Notes: generated from the sequence alone by a model not told the origin. A stretch of DNA of 64,000 bases from Gammaproteobacteria bacterium (GCA_965238175.1 CBDEGZ010000003.1:2336001-2400000); one strand, 5' to 3'. Shown: positions 1-10,940, numbered from the stretch's first letter. Numbers and translations: made by a program.

Positions 1-291
1 TGGGAGTTGCGTATCGGCGTGCAAAAATAACAAAACTCTACCCGTCGCATGAAAAGCACCAGCATTCATTTGTTTGGCCCGGTTATATTGGATCCCCTCT
101 CCTGATTCAATAAGAAGATCAGCATAGGGTTCGGCTAAAACAATACTTTTATCATTGCTACCTCCGTCAACAACAATAATTTCGACACCACGTTTTCGCA
201 ACGGTTGTAATCGCTGTAAGGCATACTCAATACGAGCAGCCTCATTCAGCATCGGTACAATGATAGTTAACTCAGGTCCTTCAAGAATCAC
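1..291 (-). CDS. GT2 glycosyltransferase, TIGR04283-like (arsenosugar cluster); runs off the window edge
   Basis: Manual translation from GTG at 291: ...IIVPMLNEA...IIVVDGGSND...RAKQMNAGA...LLFLHADTQLP; co-oriented downstream of arsS and the methyltransferase. Confidence 0.85.
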   Translation of the reverse strand, partial: MILEGPELTIIVPMLNEAARIEYALQRLQPLRKRGVEIIVVDGGSNDKSIVLAEPYADLLIESGEGIQYNRAKQMNAGAFHATGRVLLFLHADTQLP

Positions 292-319
292 TTATGTGTG
301 TCCAGATTAGCTAAGAGTA

Positions 320-1438
320 TCAACAACACGACGATTCACTAACACCACCACTATGAGATCCACCTTTAGTCTCAGCTGGCGTTCGTAATGTTCCAGCAGG
401 ATGACACCAATTTCGTGGTTCTGTTTTTACAGTTGGGGTAATGCCGATAAATTGATCGCCGTAAAAACCGCCGGTTAACAAATCAAAGCTACGTTCGCAA
501 ACGGCGATCCGTTTTCCTCTTGGATAAATATGACCTTCATCATCATAAACTTCTTTAAACGGGCCTTTATAAATAACCGCATGACCATAATCTAAGCAAT
601 CCACCGCTTCTGGCTTTGATGCGGTGATCGTAACAGTGCGGAATTCGATACCCTCAACCACTTGCCACGGTTCATCACCCCATTTATCTAAACTAACAGC
701 AACGAAACCAGCATCAACGAATGCTTGTAAGAAATCATCTTCTGTTAGTGCACCAGAGATGCAACCACTCCAAAGTTCCGGATCATTTTTCATTTGCTCA
801 GAGCTGTCTTCATCACTGACGATATCAGAAATAGCAACGCGTCCACCCGGTTTTGTTACGCGGAAAATTTCCTCGATCAGTTGTTGTTTTTCACTATCGT
901 GGACTAAGTTTAGAACGCAATTTGAAACAACAAGGTCGATAGAATTATTTTTGATCAAAGGATCATTGTTTTTCTGTTGTTCCTGCCAGACTCTAAGATC
1001 ACTAGCACCGATAAAATCTTTCACAGGATTTTTAGATAAATAATGATCCATCGCTTCAAGATCTACTGCTAGATCTTGAATTTGTCCTTTTACAAACTCA
1101 ACACGATCTGAACCTATTTTTTCTGCCATTTCGTTTTGATATTTTTTTGCCAGTCCGAGCATGTCGTCATTCATATCAACACCGATGACTTTGCCTTTAT
1201 CGCCGACAAGCTGCGCGGCCATATAACAAATTTTTCCTGAACCGGAACCAAGATCAAGAACCACATCCCCTTCTCTTACATAACGCGATGGATCACCGCA
1301 ACCGTAATCTTTTTCGATGATTTCTTCGGGCAATAATTTTAATAAACTTGCGTCATAATCAACGGGGCAACACAGTTCTGGCTGTTGTTCTTTTGCGCCT
1401 TCAGAATAACGTTCTAGTACACTTGCTTCTTTATCCAT
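320..1438 (-). CDS. ArsM-like class I SAM-dependent methyltransferase
   Basis: LCCPV, YGCGDP, VLDLGSGSG, VVSNCVLNL, LWSGCISGA motifs; C-terminal CC. Confidence 0.85.
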   Translation of the reverse strand: MDKEASVLERYSEGAKEQQPELCCPVDYDASLLKLLPEEIIEKDYGCGDPSRYVREGDVVLDLGSGSGKICYMAAQLVGDKGKVIGVDMNDDMLGLAKKYQNEMAEKIGSDRVEFVKGQIQDLAVDLEAMDHYLSKNPVKDFIGASDLRVWQEQQKNNDPLIKNNSIDLVVSNCVLNLVHDSEKQQLIEEIFRVTKPGGRVAISDIVSDEDSSEQMKNDPELWSGCISGALTEDDFLQAFVDAGFVAVSLDKWGDEPWQVVEGIEFRTVTITASKPEAVDCLDYGHAVIYKGPFKEVYDDEGHIYPRGKRIAVCERSFDLLTGGFYGDQFIGITPTVKTEPRNWCHPAGTLRTPAETKGGSHSGGVSESSCC

Positions 1439-1461
1439 TATTTATTTCCTGTTTAGTTTCA

Positions 1462-2418
1462 TTAGTCTAATGCTCCACCGCAACTACTGCCCTGCCCGGC
1501 GGTACAGCCGTAACAATGATCGAGCACTGAGATAGGTCTGTTACTAAGCATTTTTGTGTTCAACTCGCTGATATGTTTTCGCCCTAAAGATGTCGGTAGA
1601 TCAAGCATTTGATTAAAATCACAGTCATATACATAACCTTGCCAGTCAACACTCAATATTGTCTTACACATAAGGGAGTCAAGGTTTTGCTCTTGGTAAT
1701 TATCACGCAGTGTTTGCATATAGGGTTCAAACTGTCCCTTGCTGACCAGCGTGCTACCGAAGCGTTTAATTGGCATATTAGTGATCGTAAATAAACTATT
1801 AAAGACGATGCCGTAATCTTGCTTTAGATGTTGCTTGTAAGCGATCTCCAATTCCATTTGTGCTGGTGGAAGTGCTGTACCTTGTGGATTGTAGACAAGG
1901 TTTAAAACCAACCCGGGGTTTTCTAACTTACCGTATCCAAGACAGTTTAGTTTTTGTAGAGACTTTATACTGTCGATAAATACACCATCACCACGCTGTT
2001 TATCGACATTGTCTTCCATATAACAAGGTAAAGAAGCGACAATTTCGACTTGATTCTCAGCAAGAAATTCTGCCGTAGTTTCATAACCTTCTTGCTGAAG
2101 TATGGTTAAGTTACAACGATCAACGACTTTGCAATCTTCATTTCTGGCAGCAATAACTAGATCCAGAAAATGTGGATTCATTTCAGGCGCGCCACCGGTC
2201 AAATCTAACGTTTTAATGTTTTCCGACTTTATGAATTCTATGATTTGATCGATGGTCTCACGATCCATAATTTCTTTGCGCTTTGGGCCTGCATTAACAT
2301 GGCAGTGCAGACAGATCTGATTACAAAGATAACCGAGGTTGACTTGAAGTGTTTCTAACTCCCGACGTGTAATTTCAGGAAAGTCCGTCGTTTGTAAAAG
2401 TGTGAGTGTATTATGCAT
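1462..2418 (-). CDS. arsS: Arsenosugar biosynthesis radical SAM protein
   Basis: CNQICLHCHV radical SAM motif; DCDFNQML; C-terminal HCYGCTAGQGSSCGG. Confidence 0.9.
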   Translation of the reverse strand: MHNTLTLLQTTDFPEITRRELETLQVNLGYLCNQICLHCHVNAGPKRKEIMDRETIDQIIEFIKSENIKTLDLTGGAPEMNPHFLDLVIAARNEDCKVVDRCNLTILQQEGYETTAEFLAENQVEIVASLPCYMEDNVDKQRGDGVFIDSIKSLQKLNCLGYGKLENPGLVLNLVYNPQGTALPPAQMELEIAYKQHLKQDYGIVFNSLFTITNMPIKRFGSTLVSKGQFEPYMQTLRDNYQEQNLDSLMCKTILSVDWQGYVYDCDFNQMLDLPTSLGRKHISELNTKMLSNRPISVLDHCYGCTAGQGSSCGGALD

Positions 2419-2704
2419 AGGTGGCAGAATTCTATTCTAAAAACTGAAATTTCAACAGGCTTATTCCCGTGAATGGTTAGAAATATTTATTTAAAGTGTA
2501 TCGGTTTTATTTAGAGCGAGGCTCGATCATCCTTGCAAAGAGAAGCAACGACACACTGGATAAAAACAGATCTGCTATAGACATGCATTTCCAAGTATCA
2601 CGGGGATATAGTATCCTGCGTTTTTTACCAAACCAAATCCAATATATAACCAATCACTACTAAATATAACGATCTTAATCGTCGATAATAATCGCGAATC
2701 CATT

Positions 2705-4381
2705 ATGACCCAGAAAAACAAATACAGTTCACGCATCACACAACCGAAATCGCAAGGTGCTTCACAGGCAATGCTTTACGCTACCGGGCTAACAGAAAAA
2801 GATTTAGATAAAGCGCAAGTAGGTATATCCAGTGTCTGGTATGAAGGTAATCCTTGCAATATGCATCTTCTGGATCTTTCAGAAAAAGTGAAAGAAGGCG
2901 TTGTTGCAGCGGGTCTGGTCGGAATGCGCTTTAATACGATTGGGGTAAGCGATGGCATCTCCATGGGTACAGACGGCATGAGCTATTCCTTGCAATCACG
3001 TGATTTAATTGCAGATTCGATTGAAACAGTCATGGCTGGCCAATGGTACGACGCTAATATTTCGATTCCCGGTTGTGATAAAAATATGCCGGGTGTTTTG
3101 ATCGCGATGGGACGATTAAACCGACCTTCATTAATGATTTATGGTGGAACGATTAAACCCGGACATTGTAATAACGAGACATTAGATGTCGTATCGGCTT
3201 TTCAAAGCTACGGTCAATTTATTAGTGGAACCATTGATGAAGACACACGTCAGGAAATCATTAAAAAATCCTGTCCTGGTGCCGGTGCTTGCGGTGGTAT
3301 GTACACAGCGAACACGATGGCTTCAGCTATAGAAGCGATGGGTATGTCATTACCTTACAGTTCATCTATGCCAGCAGAAGATCCCGGTAAGTTAGAAGAA
3401 TGTAAGCGCGCGGGTGAAGCGATCCGAATTTTATTGGAACAAGATACTAAACCACGCGACATTATGACCCGTGAAGCGTTCGAAAATGCAATGGTTCTAA
3501 TTATTGTTCTGGGTGGATCAACCAATGCGGTTTTGCATTTGATCGCAATGGCGCGTTCTGTAGATGTTGAATTGACGATCGATGATTTTCAAAGTGTCAG
3601 TGATCGGATCCCTTTCCTGGCTGATTTAAAACCGAGTGGAAAATATGTAATGGAAGATGTTCACCACATTGGAGGTATTCCAGCAGTGATGAAGTTTCTA
3701 CTGGAAGAAGGCTTGATCAATGGTGATTGTATGACAGTAACAGGTAAAACAATCACCGAGAATTTGAATGATCTGCCTGGGCTAAAAGATGGTCAAGACA
3801 TTATCCGTACTTTAGACAATCCAATAAAAGAGTCCGGCCATATTCGTATCCTCAAAGGTAGTCTCGCACCTGAAGGTTCGGTGGCCAAAATCACTGGCAA
3901 AGAGGGACTTCACTTTAGTGGTCCTGCAAAGGTCTATGATTCTGAAGAAGATATGCTTGCAGCGCTTGAGCAAAATAAAATCGAAAAAGGCGATGTTGTG
4001 ATCATTCGTTATGAAGGACCACAAGGTGGGCCTGGAATGCCAGAAATGTTGACTCCAACATCAGCAATCATGGGTGCTGGTTTAGGATCGGATGTTGCAC
4101 TTTTAACTGATGGACGTTTTTCAGGTGGCTCGCATGGATTCATCGTTGGTCATATCGTACCGGAAGCTCAAGTCGGTGGTCCTATTGCGTTGGTTGAAGA
4201 AGGTGACATTATTACAATCAATGCAGAAACCAATCGTATTGATGTTGATGTGGCTGTAAACACGTTAGAAGAAAGACGCTCAAAATGGCAGCAACCACCC
4301 TATAAAGCGACGCGTGGAACATTATTCAAATATATAAAAACCGTCAAAACTGCCTCTGAAGGGTGTGTTACAGACGAATAA
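2705..4381 (+). CDS. ilvD: Dihydroxy-acid dehydratase
   Basis: [36 protein letters not shown] motifs. Confidence 0.97.
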   Translation: MTQKNKYSSRITQPKSQGASQAMLYATGLTEKDLDKAQVGISSVWYEGNPCNMHLLDLSEKVKEGVVAAGLVGMRFNTIGVSDGISMGTDGMSYSLQSRDLIADSIETVMAGQWYDANISIPGCDKNMPGVLIAMGRLNRPSLMIYGGTIKPGHCNNETLDVVSAFQSYGQFISGTIDEDTRQEIIKKSCPGAGACGGMYTANTMASAIEAMGMSLPYSSSMPAEDPGKLEECKRAGEAIRILLEQDTKPRDIMTREAFENAMVLIIVLGGSTNAVLHLIAMARSVDVELTIDDFQSVSDRIPFLADLKPSGKYVMEDVHHIGGIPAVMKFLLEEGLINGDCMTVTGKTITENLNDLPGLKDGQDIIRTLDNPIKESGHIRILKGSLAPEGSVAKITGKEGLHFSGPAKVYDSEEDMLAALEQNKIEKGDVVIIRYEGPQGGPGMPEMLTPTSAIMGAGLGSDVALLTDGRFSGGSHGFIVGHIVPEAQVGGPIALVEEGDIITINAETNRIDVDVAVNTLEERRSKWQQPPYKATRGTLFKYIKTVKTASEGCVTDE

Positions 4382-4398
4382 AGTTTATTACTTTTTCT

Positions 4399-4740
4399 AT
4401 GATAGACGACAAATCAACCAATAAACCATCCAAGACATCGGAAAGCCTGATTTTGGATCACCCAGAAATTAAGGGCTGGGTTGCGATCAGAAATGATGAA
4501 ACACAAAGTGTGGCTTCTGATCCTGCCGCTGAAAAATTGGGTGAAGTTTTGATCTATTTTAGTGAAATGTCGAGCTTAATTGGGGAGTCATTTGGTTTAG
4601 AAAAACCTGACGAGATACATATAGTTTGCGATGAGCTTACTGCTGTTTGTCTACCTGGTGCTAAGGAAACGGTGGGGATTATTTTTGATCAAGATACCAA
4701 ACCTAATCAATTTTTGGCCAAATATAAAACGACAAGATAG
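4399..4740 (+). CDS. Hypothetical protein, possible roadblock/profilin-like fold
   Basis: ATG at 4399 after ilvD; ILDHPEIKGWVAI...SLIGESFGL...EIHI pattern. Confidence 0.5.
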   Translation: MIDDKSTNKPSKTSESLILDHPEIKGWVAIRNDETQSVASDPAAEKLGEVLIYFSEMSSLIGESFGLEKPDEIHIVCDELTAVCLPGAKETVGIIFDQDTKPNQFLAKYKTTR

Positions 4741-5189
4741 TGTGTTTTCAGAAATATATTGATTCCATTCTAGACACTCCAAAAGTTGAAGGCTTGTTAT
4801 TGTTTGATCATGACGGAATTGTACATTTCGAACAGGTGCCTGACTATGCAGTCCAAACGTCACTAGAAAAATTACCGCGACGAATACTAATGATGTATGA
4901 CGTAATCGCGGATAATACTCAAAACTGTTCCGACTTTATCTTGAAGTTTGAAAAGAAAAATTTTTACTTCCGCAAAAGTTCTAATAAAAAAAATGGAGAC
5001 TTTATACTTGCAGTCATTAGTGATGCAGGGGTTAACTTTATTGCTTTAAAACTGATTACAAACTTGGCAATCAAAATGATCGAACTGAACGATAAGAATA
5101 GTTTGAATCAAAATAAGAAAAGAAAAAAAGCTCGTTCTGCATTGACTCAAAGAGGTCGTAAATTAGTTATTAAAAAGAAGTCTTCCTAA
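4740..5189 (+). CDS. Hypothetical protein, roadblock/LC7-like with basic C-terminal tail
   Basis: IDSILDTPKVEGLLLFDHDG...FILKFEK...FILAVISDAGVN pattern; start overlaps upstream stop. Confidence 0.55.
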   Translation: MCFQKYIDSILDTPKVEGLLLFDHDGIVHFEQVPDYAVQTSLEKLPRRILMMYDVIADNTQNCSDFILKFEKKNFYFRKSSNKKNGDFILAVISDAGVNFIALKLITNLAIKMIELNDKNSLNQNKKRKKARSALTQRGRKLVIKKKSS

Positions 5190-5230
5190 GTTGCTAAAAA
5201 TACTGAAAAGTACTGGTTAAGACTTATAAA

Positions 5231-5863
5231 TCATAAAGTTCGGCTGTACTCTTTATAGTATTTTAAGACTTTTTTTACGTAATGCTGTGTTTCCTTATAA
5301 GGTGGTATTTCGTTTCCGTACTTGGCGACTGCACCCTCCCCGGCATTATAAGCAGCCAAGGCTAATTCTTTATCATTATCAAACATTTTTAGAAGATCCC
5401 GCAGGTAACGGGTCCCTCCGGCTATATTCGCTTCAGGATCTTTACTATTCTTAACGCCATACCGTTCAGCAGTTGCAGGCATTAACTGCATCATTCCAAC
5501 AGCACCTGCCTTTGAGATCGCTTTTGGATCATAAGCAGATTCAGCCCTGATTACCGCATGTACTAAAGCATTTGGAATTTTGTTTTTTTTAGCAGCTGTT
5601 TTAATCAGCTCACCAAATTTCTTCTGACGCTTGAGCATCGCTCCATAACTATATTTTTTCTCTCTCCAACCTTTCCATGTTTTAACTAATAATTTGTAGC
5701 CCTTATGATTTGGGCGATCTGTCAAATAGACATGACCATTTTTGTCAGTGTATTTGTAAACATCGGCATTAATAGAATTGGAAACGAATAATAAAGTAGT
5801 AATATACGTTACTGAAGCAAACATCTTCAATCGAGCAGAAAAACGTTTTTGCAATATCTTCAT
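5231..5863 (-). CDS. Lytic transglycosylase (SLT domain) with N-terminal DUF4124-like domain
   Basis: AVIRAESAY, GAVGMMQLMP, ALAAYNAGEG, ETQHYV. Confidence 0.92.
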   Translation of the reverse strand: MKILQKRFSARLKMFASVTYITTLLFVSNSINADVYKYTDKNGHVYLTDRPNHKGYKLLVKTWKGWREKKYSYGAMLKRQKKFGELIKTAAKKNKIPNALVHAVIRAESAYDPKAISKAGAVGMMQLMPATAERYGVKNSKDPEANIAGGTRYLRDLLKMFDNDKELALAAYNAGEGAVAKYGNEIPPYKETQHYVKKVLKYYKEYSRTL

Positions 5864-5920
5864 ATAGTTAAAAACTCAATTTAATCGACATGACAATCTC
5901 TGGTAACCAGCATTTAGTAA

Positions 5921-6409
5921 TTACTCTAAAACAACTAGAATCTGCATACTAATAAGTGCAAAAATTCCCGCTATTAAATCGTCCAACATTATTCCAAAAC
6001 CACCTGTAACACGTTGATCTACTAATCCTATAGGCCATGGCTTCCAAATATCAAATATTCGAAACAAGATAAAACCGATCAAAACCCATACCCAACCAGT
6101 TGGAGCAATAGTCATCGTTACTAAATAACCAACAACTTCATCCCAAACGATTCCTGGGTGATCATGAACACCTAACTCATTAGCAGTTCGTTCACAAAGC
6201 CAGATCCCAAATATAAACAAAGAGACTGAAACCAAACAATAAACTACAATCGATAAAGGCTTCATAAGTAGAAATAATGGAATTCCGATCAAAGTTCCAA
6301 AGGTACCTGGTGCCTTTAAGGCAAGACCTGTGCCAAAGCCTAGCGAGAGGCAATGAAATGGATCTTTGAGGAGAGTGGGTTCGATCTTAGGGTTTTCATG
6401 ACTTGCCAT
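5921..6409 (-). CDS. pgpA: Phosphatidylglycerophosphatase A
   Basis: APGTFGT, HDHPGIVWDEVVG, FRIFDIWKPWPI, GIMLDD. Confidence 0.95.
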   Translation of the reverse strand: MASHENPKIEPTLLKDPFHCLSLGFGTGLALKAPGTFGTLIGIPLFLLMKPLSIVVYCLVSVSLFIFGIWLCERTANELGVHDHPGIVWDEVVGYLVTMTIAPTGWVWVLIGFILFRIFDIWKPWPIGLVDQRVTGGFGIMLDDLIAGIFALISMQILVVLE

Positions 6410-6424
6410 AGTTTGTGATAACTC

Positions 6425-6868
6425 TTATTTTCTGCACCGGTTTGACCACCATTCAGGAACGTCAATATTTTCAAAAACATCATAGTCATCGTAAGGCTTA
6501 AGATCCAGAATAGGTGTGCCATCAAACGCATCCAGCTTTTTTACTTTAAGATGATTTTCGTTTCGTTCTAATAATTCAACAACGGCCAAACCAATCGGGT
6601 TAGGCCTGTTCCTGCTCCGTGTAGCAAGGATCCCAGAAAGCGGCAAATTTTTGTCACCTCGTGGGTAAATATGTTGTTCTACAGCTTTAGATCCTATCTT
6701 ATGTAACCAGAATAAAACAAAAATATGTGAATATTCTTCAATATTAAGTAGAGAATCACTCCATTCTGGTTCAATAATTATTTTGGAAATGATCTCCGCT
6801 CGACATTTCGCGATCTGTTGATCCTCAATGTTGTTCTCAACGTATCCGATGGGCTTCAGATGAATCAT
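6425..6868 (-). CDS. tsaA: tRNA (t6A37)-N6-methyltransferase TrmO/TsaA family, short form
   Basis: LKPIGYV, SHIFVLFWLH, ATRSRNRPNPIGL, LDAFDGTPILDLKPY; ATG at 6868 preferred. Confidence 0.85.
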   Translation of the reverse strand: MIHLKPIGYVENNIEDQQIAKCRAEIISKIIIEPEWSDSLLNIEEYSHIFVLFWLHKIGSKAVEQHIYPRGDKNLPLSGILATRSRNRPNPIGLAVVELLERNENHLKVKKLDAFDGTPILDLKPYDDYDVFENIDVPEWWSNRCRK

Positions 6869-7237
6869 AGTTTCTTTCTTCCGACAAATATGGAAATGAT
6901 GTGTCGTTACCAATTGATTTTAAATAGATAATTACACATTAGTGAGCTATCTTTAATGTAGCTCAACCAGGAAATTATTTAAAATAATAGGCAAAGTTTA
7001 ATACACAATACTTGATTGCAAATTGTTTTTCTGACCCATTAGCTTGCAATCTATTATATTTGTTTATTTAAAGTAATTAGGAGGCCGCCCTAAGCAGATG
7101 TTTCCAATCAGTTTTTTTCTGAAATTGGCTTGGATTTTGCTTTAATTAACATATAAAAACGAAGCAGCATCATGTGTGAATTTTATAATAAAGCACAAGA
7201 TTGTTAGCGTAGGTTACTCAGGGGCTACGGTCAGGCA

Positions 7238-9676
7238 TTGAAACTACAAGCTAAAATTCTATTTATACTTTCACCCTTAGCGATAATTCCGTTGTTGTTA
7301 GTTGGCTGGATCACCTATTCTGAAATAACAACAAATAATCGGCAAAGTACTATAGAAATTCTTAAGCTTCTTAGCGAAGATACATCCGAGATCCTGAAAA
7401 TACGAATTAAAGAAACAGAAAGCGTTGCCAGTCTCTTAACAGAGTCTACATTGCTGAGCACATTCATTCGAAGCACTAATGTATATGAAAAGTATAATCA
7501 CCTGATGCCAAAAGTTTCAAGGCAATTTTCATACTATCTACAAATCTATCCGGAAATAGTTAATATTCGCTTAAGTGATTCTTCTGGTGACTTAATTTTA
7601 AACATACCAGAAGGTTCTAAACCTTCGATAAAAAGGAATAATTCGAAAAACACTAACTCTACGACCTCAGTATTCGAAGATCCCAATAAACAACCCTTAT
7701 ATCTTCACACTGTAGAACTCTTCAATGGAAACCATGACGCAAGGATAGGAGAATCTTTATTTGGATACCTTGATATCGTTTTGTCTATGTCTGTTATGGA
7801 TACTGCGATAGAAAAAGCCTTTAATGAAAAATACGGAACCATATTCTTCGTCGATAAGAGTGGGGATCGTATTCGCGATACCTTTGATTTGGGTTTAACT
7901 GGAAAATTATCATTACCGGATGTTAGCAATCTTATCCAACTAAAGAATGGTTTATTGCCCCAAGAAATTCAATTTGAAAGGGGTAAGGCCTATATACAAG
8001 GTTATAAAGTCGATCCTGATTTGTATATGTTTAGCTTACTTAATGATCAACAAATCATTGCTGATAGTAGTAGTTATTTCAAACATATAACTAGCATTGT
8101 AGGCATTAGTGTCTTCCTCTTTGTGATACTGAGTTTTCTTTCGATCAAATATCTATTGATCAAACCTGTTCAGAAATTAGGCTCTGCTGCACAAGAGATA
8201 GGTAGAGGTAATCTCGGCTTTAAACTCGATATCAACAGTAATGATGAATTGGGTGAACTATCAACCTCGTTAAAGGAAATGAGCCTGAATTTACGTCAAT
8301 CCAATGAGCAAATTCGTTATTTCGCCTACCATGATAGTTTAACAAAACTACCAAATCGATTGATGTTTGGAGAATATCTAGGCCATGCTTTGGCTCATGC
8401 GAAACGTCGTGATCAATCATTAGCTCTGATGTATCTTGATTTAGATGATTTTAAAGTGATTAATGACACACTAGGTCATCAAGCTGGTGACGCGGTTCTA
8501 AGAGAACTTTCTACCAGACTCTCAGACTGTTTACGAACAGAAGATTATTTAGGATATCCTGAAATCTCACGATCAGAAACTGAAACTGTAGCCCGACTTG
8601 GCGGTGATGAATTTATCATTTTCTTGCCTAATATCGACAATCCATATGAGGCGGCGACAGTGGCAAACCAAGTTCTTGAATCCATTGCAATTCCATTCCA
8701 TGTTGAAAATAGAGATCTACATGTCAGTGCCAGTATTGGCATTACAACTTTTCCTAAGGATGGCCAAGATGCTGAAACACTGATCAGAAATGCTGATATG
8801 GCAATGTATCATGCGAAGGAAAAAGGTAAAAACGCTTATAGCTATTATCAAGAGTCAATGAATATTGCAGCATTTGAGCGTTTAAATCTGCAAAATGAAC
8901 TACGTCAGGCACTCGCTAACGATGAGCTTGTTCTTTTTTACCAACCACAAGTAGATTTAAATAATGGCAACATTGTCAGTGTAGAAGCATTAATCCGTTG
9001 GCGACATCCTGTAAAAGGTTTAATTCGACCGGATCGATTTATTCCGATTGCTGAGCAGTCAGAACTCATTGTTCCTATTGGTGAATGGGTGTTAAGAGAG
9101 GCTTGTAAACAAGCGAAAATCTGGCATCAAGCTGGACATACCGATCTTTGCGTATCAGTAAATGTTTCTGCATCACAGCTGCACCGCCACGACTTAAAAG
9201 AAATTATTAACGAGACGCTAATCTCAAATAAATTACCTGCTGAAGCTCTTGAGATCGAATTAACAGAGACAACAATCAGTAACTCTGAAGAAATCGTGTT
9301 TGAAACATTAACCGCCATTAAATCGCTTGGTGTTCGTATTGCAATGGATGACTTTGGTACCGGCTATTCTTCATTAAGTTATCTTAATAAATTACCTATC
9401 GATAAGATCAAGGTTGATCGCAGTTTCGTACAAAAAATTACTTCAGAAACCACTCATGCACCAATTATCACAGCCATTCTAGCAATGGCTCACAGTCTGG
9501 ATTTACCTGTAACTGCAGAAGGTGTTGAGTTACAAGCTCAGGTTGATTTTCTCAAAGACAAAGGGTGCGGCTTAATTCAAGGCTATCTAATCAGCCATCC
9601 TGTTTCTACCGATGATATTTCGAAATTGCTTATGGAAAAAATATCTATTAAGGAAATTGTCAATCAGCCGATATAA
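7238..9676 (+). CDS. Membrane sensor with HAMP, GGDEF and EAL domains (c-di-GMP turnover)
   Basis: Two TM segments, HAMP, RLGGDEF, VEALIRW, MDDFGTGYSSL. Confidence 0.93.
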   Translation: MKLQAKILFILSPLAIIPLLLVGWITYSEITTNNRQSTIEILKLLSEDTSEILKIRIKETESVASLLTESTLLSTFIRSTNVYEKYNHLMPKVSRQFSYYLQIYPEIVNIRLSDSSGDLILNIPEGSKPSIKRNNSKNTNSTTSVFEDPNKQPLYLHTVELFNGNHDARIGESLFGYLDIVLSMSVMDTAIEKAFNEKYGTIFFVDKSGDRIRDTFDLGLTGKLSLPDVSNLIQLKNGLLPQEIQFERGKAYIQGYKVDPDLYMFSLLNDQQIIADSSSYFKHITSIVGISVFLFVILSFLSIKYLLIKPVQKLGSAAQEIGRGNLGFKLDINSNDELGELSTSLKEMSLNLRQSNEQIRYFAYHDSLTKLPNRLMFGEYLGHALAHAKRRDQSLALMYLDLDDFKVINDTLGHQAGDAVLRELSTRLSDCLRTEDYLGYPEISRSETETVARLGGDEFIIFLPNIDNPYEAATVANQVLESIAIPFHVENRDLHVSASIGITTFPKDGQDAETLIRNADMAMYHAKEKGKNAYSYYQESMNIAAFERLNLQNELRQALANDELVLFYQPQVDLNNGNIVSVEALIRWRHPVKGLIRPDRFIPIAEQSELIVPIGEWVLREACKQAKIWHQAGHTDLCVSVNVSASQLHRHDLKEIINETLISNKLPAEALEIELTETTISNSEEIVFETLTAIKSLGVRIAMDDFGTGYSSLSYLNKLPIDKIKVDRSFVQKITSETTHAPIITAILAMAHSLDLPVTAEGVELQAQVDFLKDKGCGLIQGYLISHPVSTDDISKLLMEKISIKEIVNQPI

Positions 9677-9736
9677 AACTTAATGTCGCAAAGTACGTGC
9701 ATCAACGTAAACCATAAGTTTACCTGGGGATAAAAT

Positions 9737-9886
9737 ATGGCTATTTCAAAATGGATCGGTGGTATCTTGATATTAATCGCCTTTGTTATTGCGGGGAAAT
9801 TACAAGCATCTACGCTTGAATATAGTGTATATCTCGAACAGGAAGAATCCAGTTTAAAATCAAAAAAATCATACGCCAGTTTCTGA
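9737..9886 (+). CDS. Small 49-aa protein with a signal-peptide/TM-like N-terminus
   Basis: GGGGA RBS then MAISKWIGGILILIAFVIAGKLQASTLEYSVYLEQEESSLKSKKSYASF; below the ORF-track cutoff. Confidence 0.45.
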   Translation: MAISKWIGGILILIAFVIAGKLQASTLEYSVYLEQEESSLKSKKSYASF

Positions 9887-10171
9887 TAGAAATAGAGGAT
9901 CTTAGGAAACTAAATATCAATGAAAGGTACTAAGTTCTAAAATAGTTTGCAAAATCGTTGATACGCTAGGTCTTAACATAACACCTGCGTAGTATTTCTT
10001 ATCTCAAGTTCAAGTTAAATAGTAATCTGTTTTAATTATCAATTCTAAATTAATTGTTAATTACGCTAATACATGTTTATTATGTGTGTTTTTAGCGCTT
10101 ATAATAACCGCTGATATTAAGCTTCGGGCACAGATATAATCTCTTGTCCGAAACAAAGGGGAAACCTTAAG

Positions 10172-10834
10172 ATGGATCCAGTTGAAATAGGTAAAGAAGA
10201 GTCACTTACTGAAGAACATAAAGTCACTCCAATAAACAGGAGCCGCGCAAAACGAACAAAAGCTTACCGAAAGCTTGAAAAGAAACAAATCCGAACTCGT
10301 AATATTGCTGCATTGATATTCCTTGTTCTTATCTGTGGGATCACACTCTCTGTAGCCTCGTTAAAACATTTTTCAAGTGAAAATAGAACCCTTGAGAGTG
10401 ATCTAAATCAAGCTAACCTACAAATAGAAGCATTGGTAACAGATACGCAATCGCTACGTTTGGAAAATGATAATTTAGTTCAGGGTCGCATCCCTGGTTT
10501 AATTCCAATCAAATTTGATGACCCTCATAAAATTGAAAATCAAATGCTAAAGAGTGTAGTTTTTACAAAAACAAAACATAACGGCCAAACCCGTTACGAG
10601 TATCTAGCTGTGGTGGCAAACAATACTGAAGACGTTATCAGACCAGCGAGTTTACTGATATTTTTCAACAAGCTCGGAGTTGAAGTTGGTAAAGGGCGTA
10701 TTGCAATTGCACTGGACTTTGATAATCAAGTTAAAATGATTGCGCTACAACCGGGAGAAAGTCATTCTTTTACTGGTGCAATAGATTTGATCAGCGACGA
10801 CGAACCAAAATATTTTAAACTCATCGAACAGTAG
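10172..10834 (+). CDS. Hypothetical bitopic membrane protein with coiled coil and beta-rich C-terminal domain
   Basis: RBS, one TM helix, heptad segment. Confidence 0.7.
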   Translation: MDPVEIGKEESLTEEHKVTPINRSRAKRTKAYRKLEKKQIRTRNIAALIFLVLICGITLSVASLKHFSSENRTLESDLNQANLQIEALVTDTQSLRLENDNLVQGRIPGLIPIKFDDPHKIENQMLKSVVFTKTKHNGQTRYEYLAVVANNTEDVIRPASLLIFFNKLGVEVGKGRIAIALDFDNQVKMIALQPGESHSFTGAIDLISDDEPKYFKLIEQ

Positions 10835-10940
10835 TTATCTCTAGTAAATACCTCCGGGTCGTCAGAAGCGTTTCATTTATCTGGCCATCTATATGGCATG
10901 CTGGCTATAATGCCCGATTGTTTAATTTGCTTTGTTCTGA

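Noticed and set aside
311-322. Selenocysteine read-through of the UGA after CC in the methyltransferase
   Set aside because: No convincing SECIS hairpin follows, and ArsS has only Cys codons
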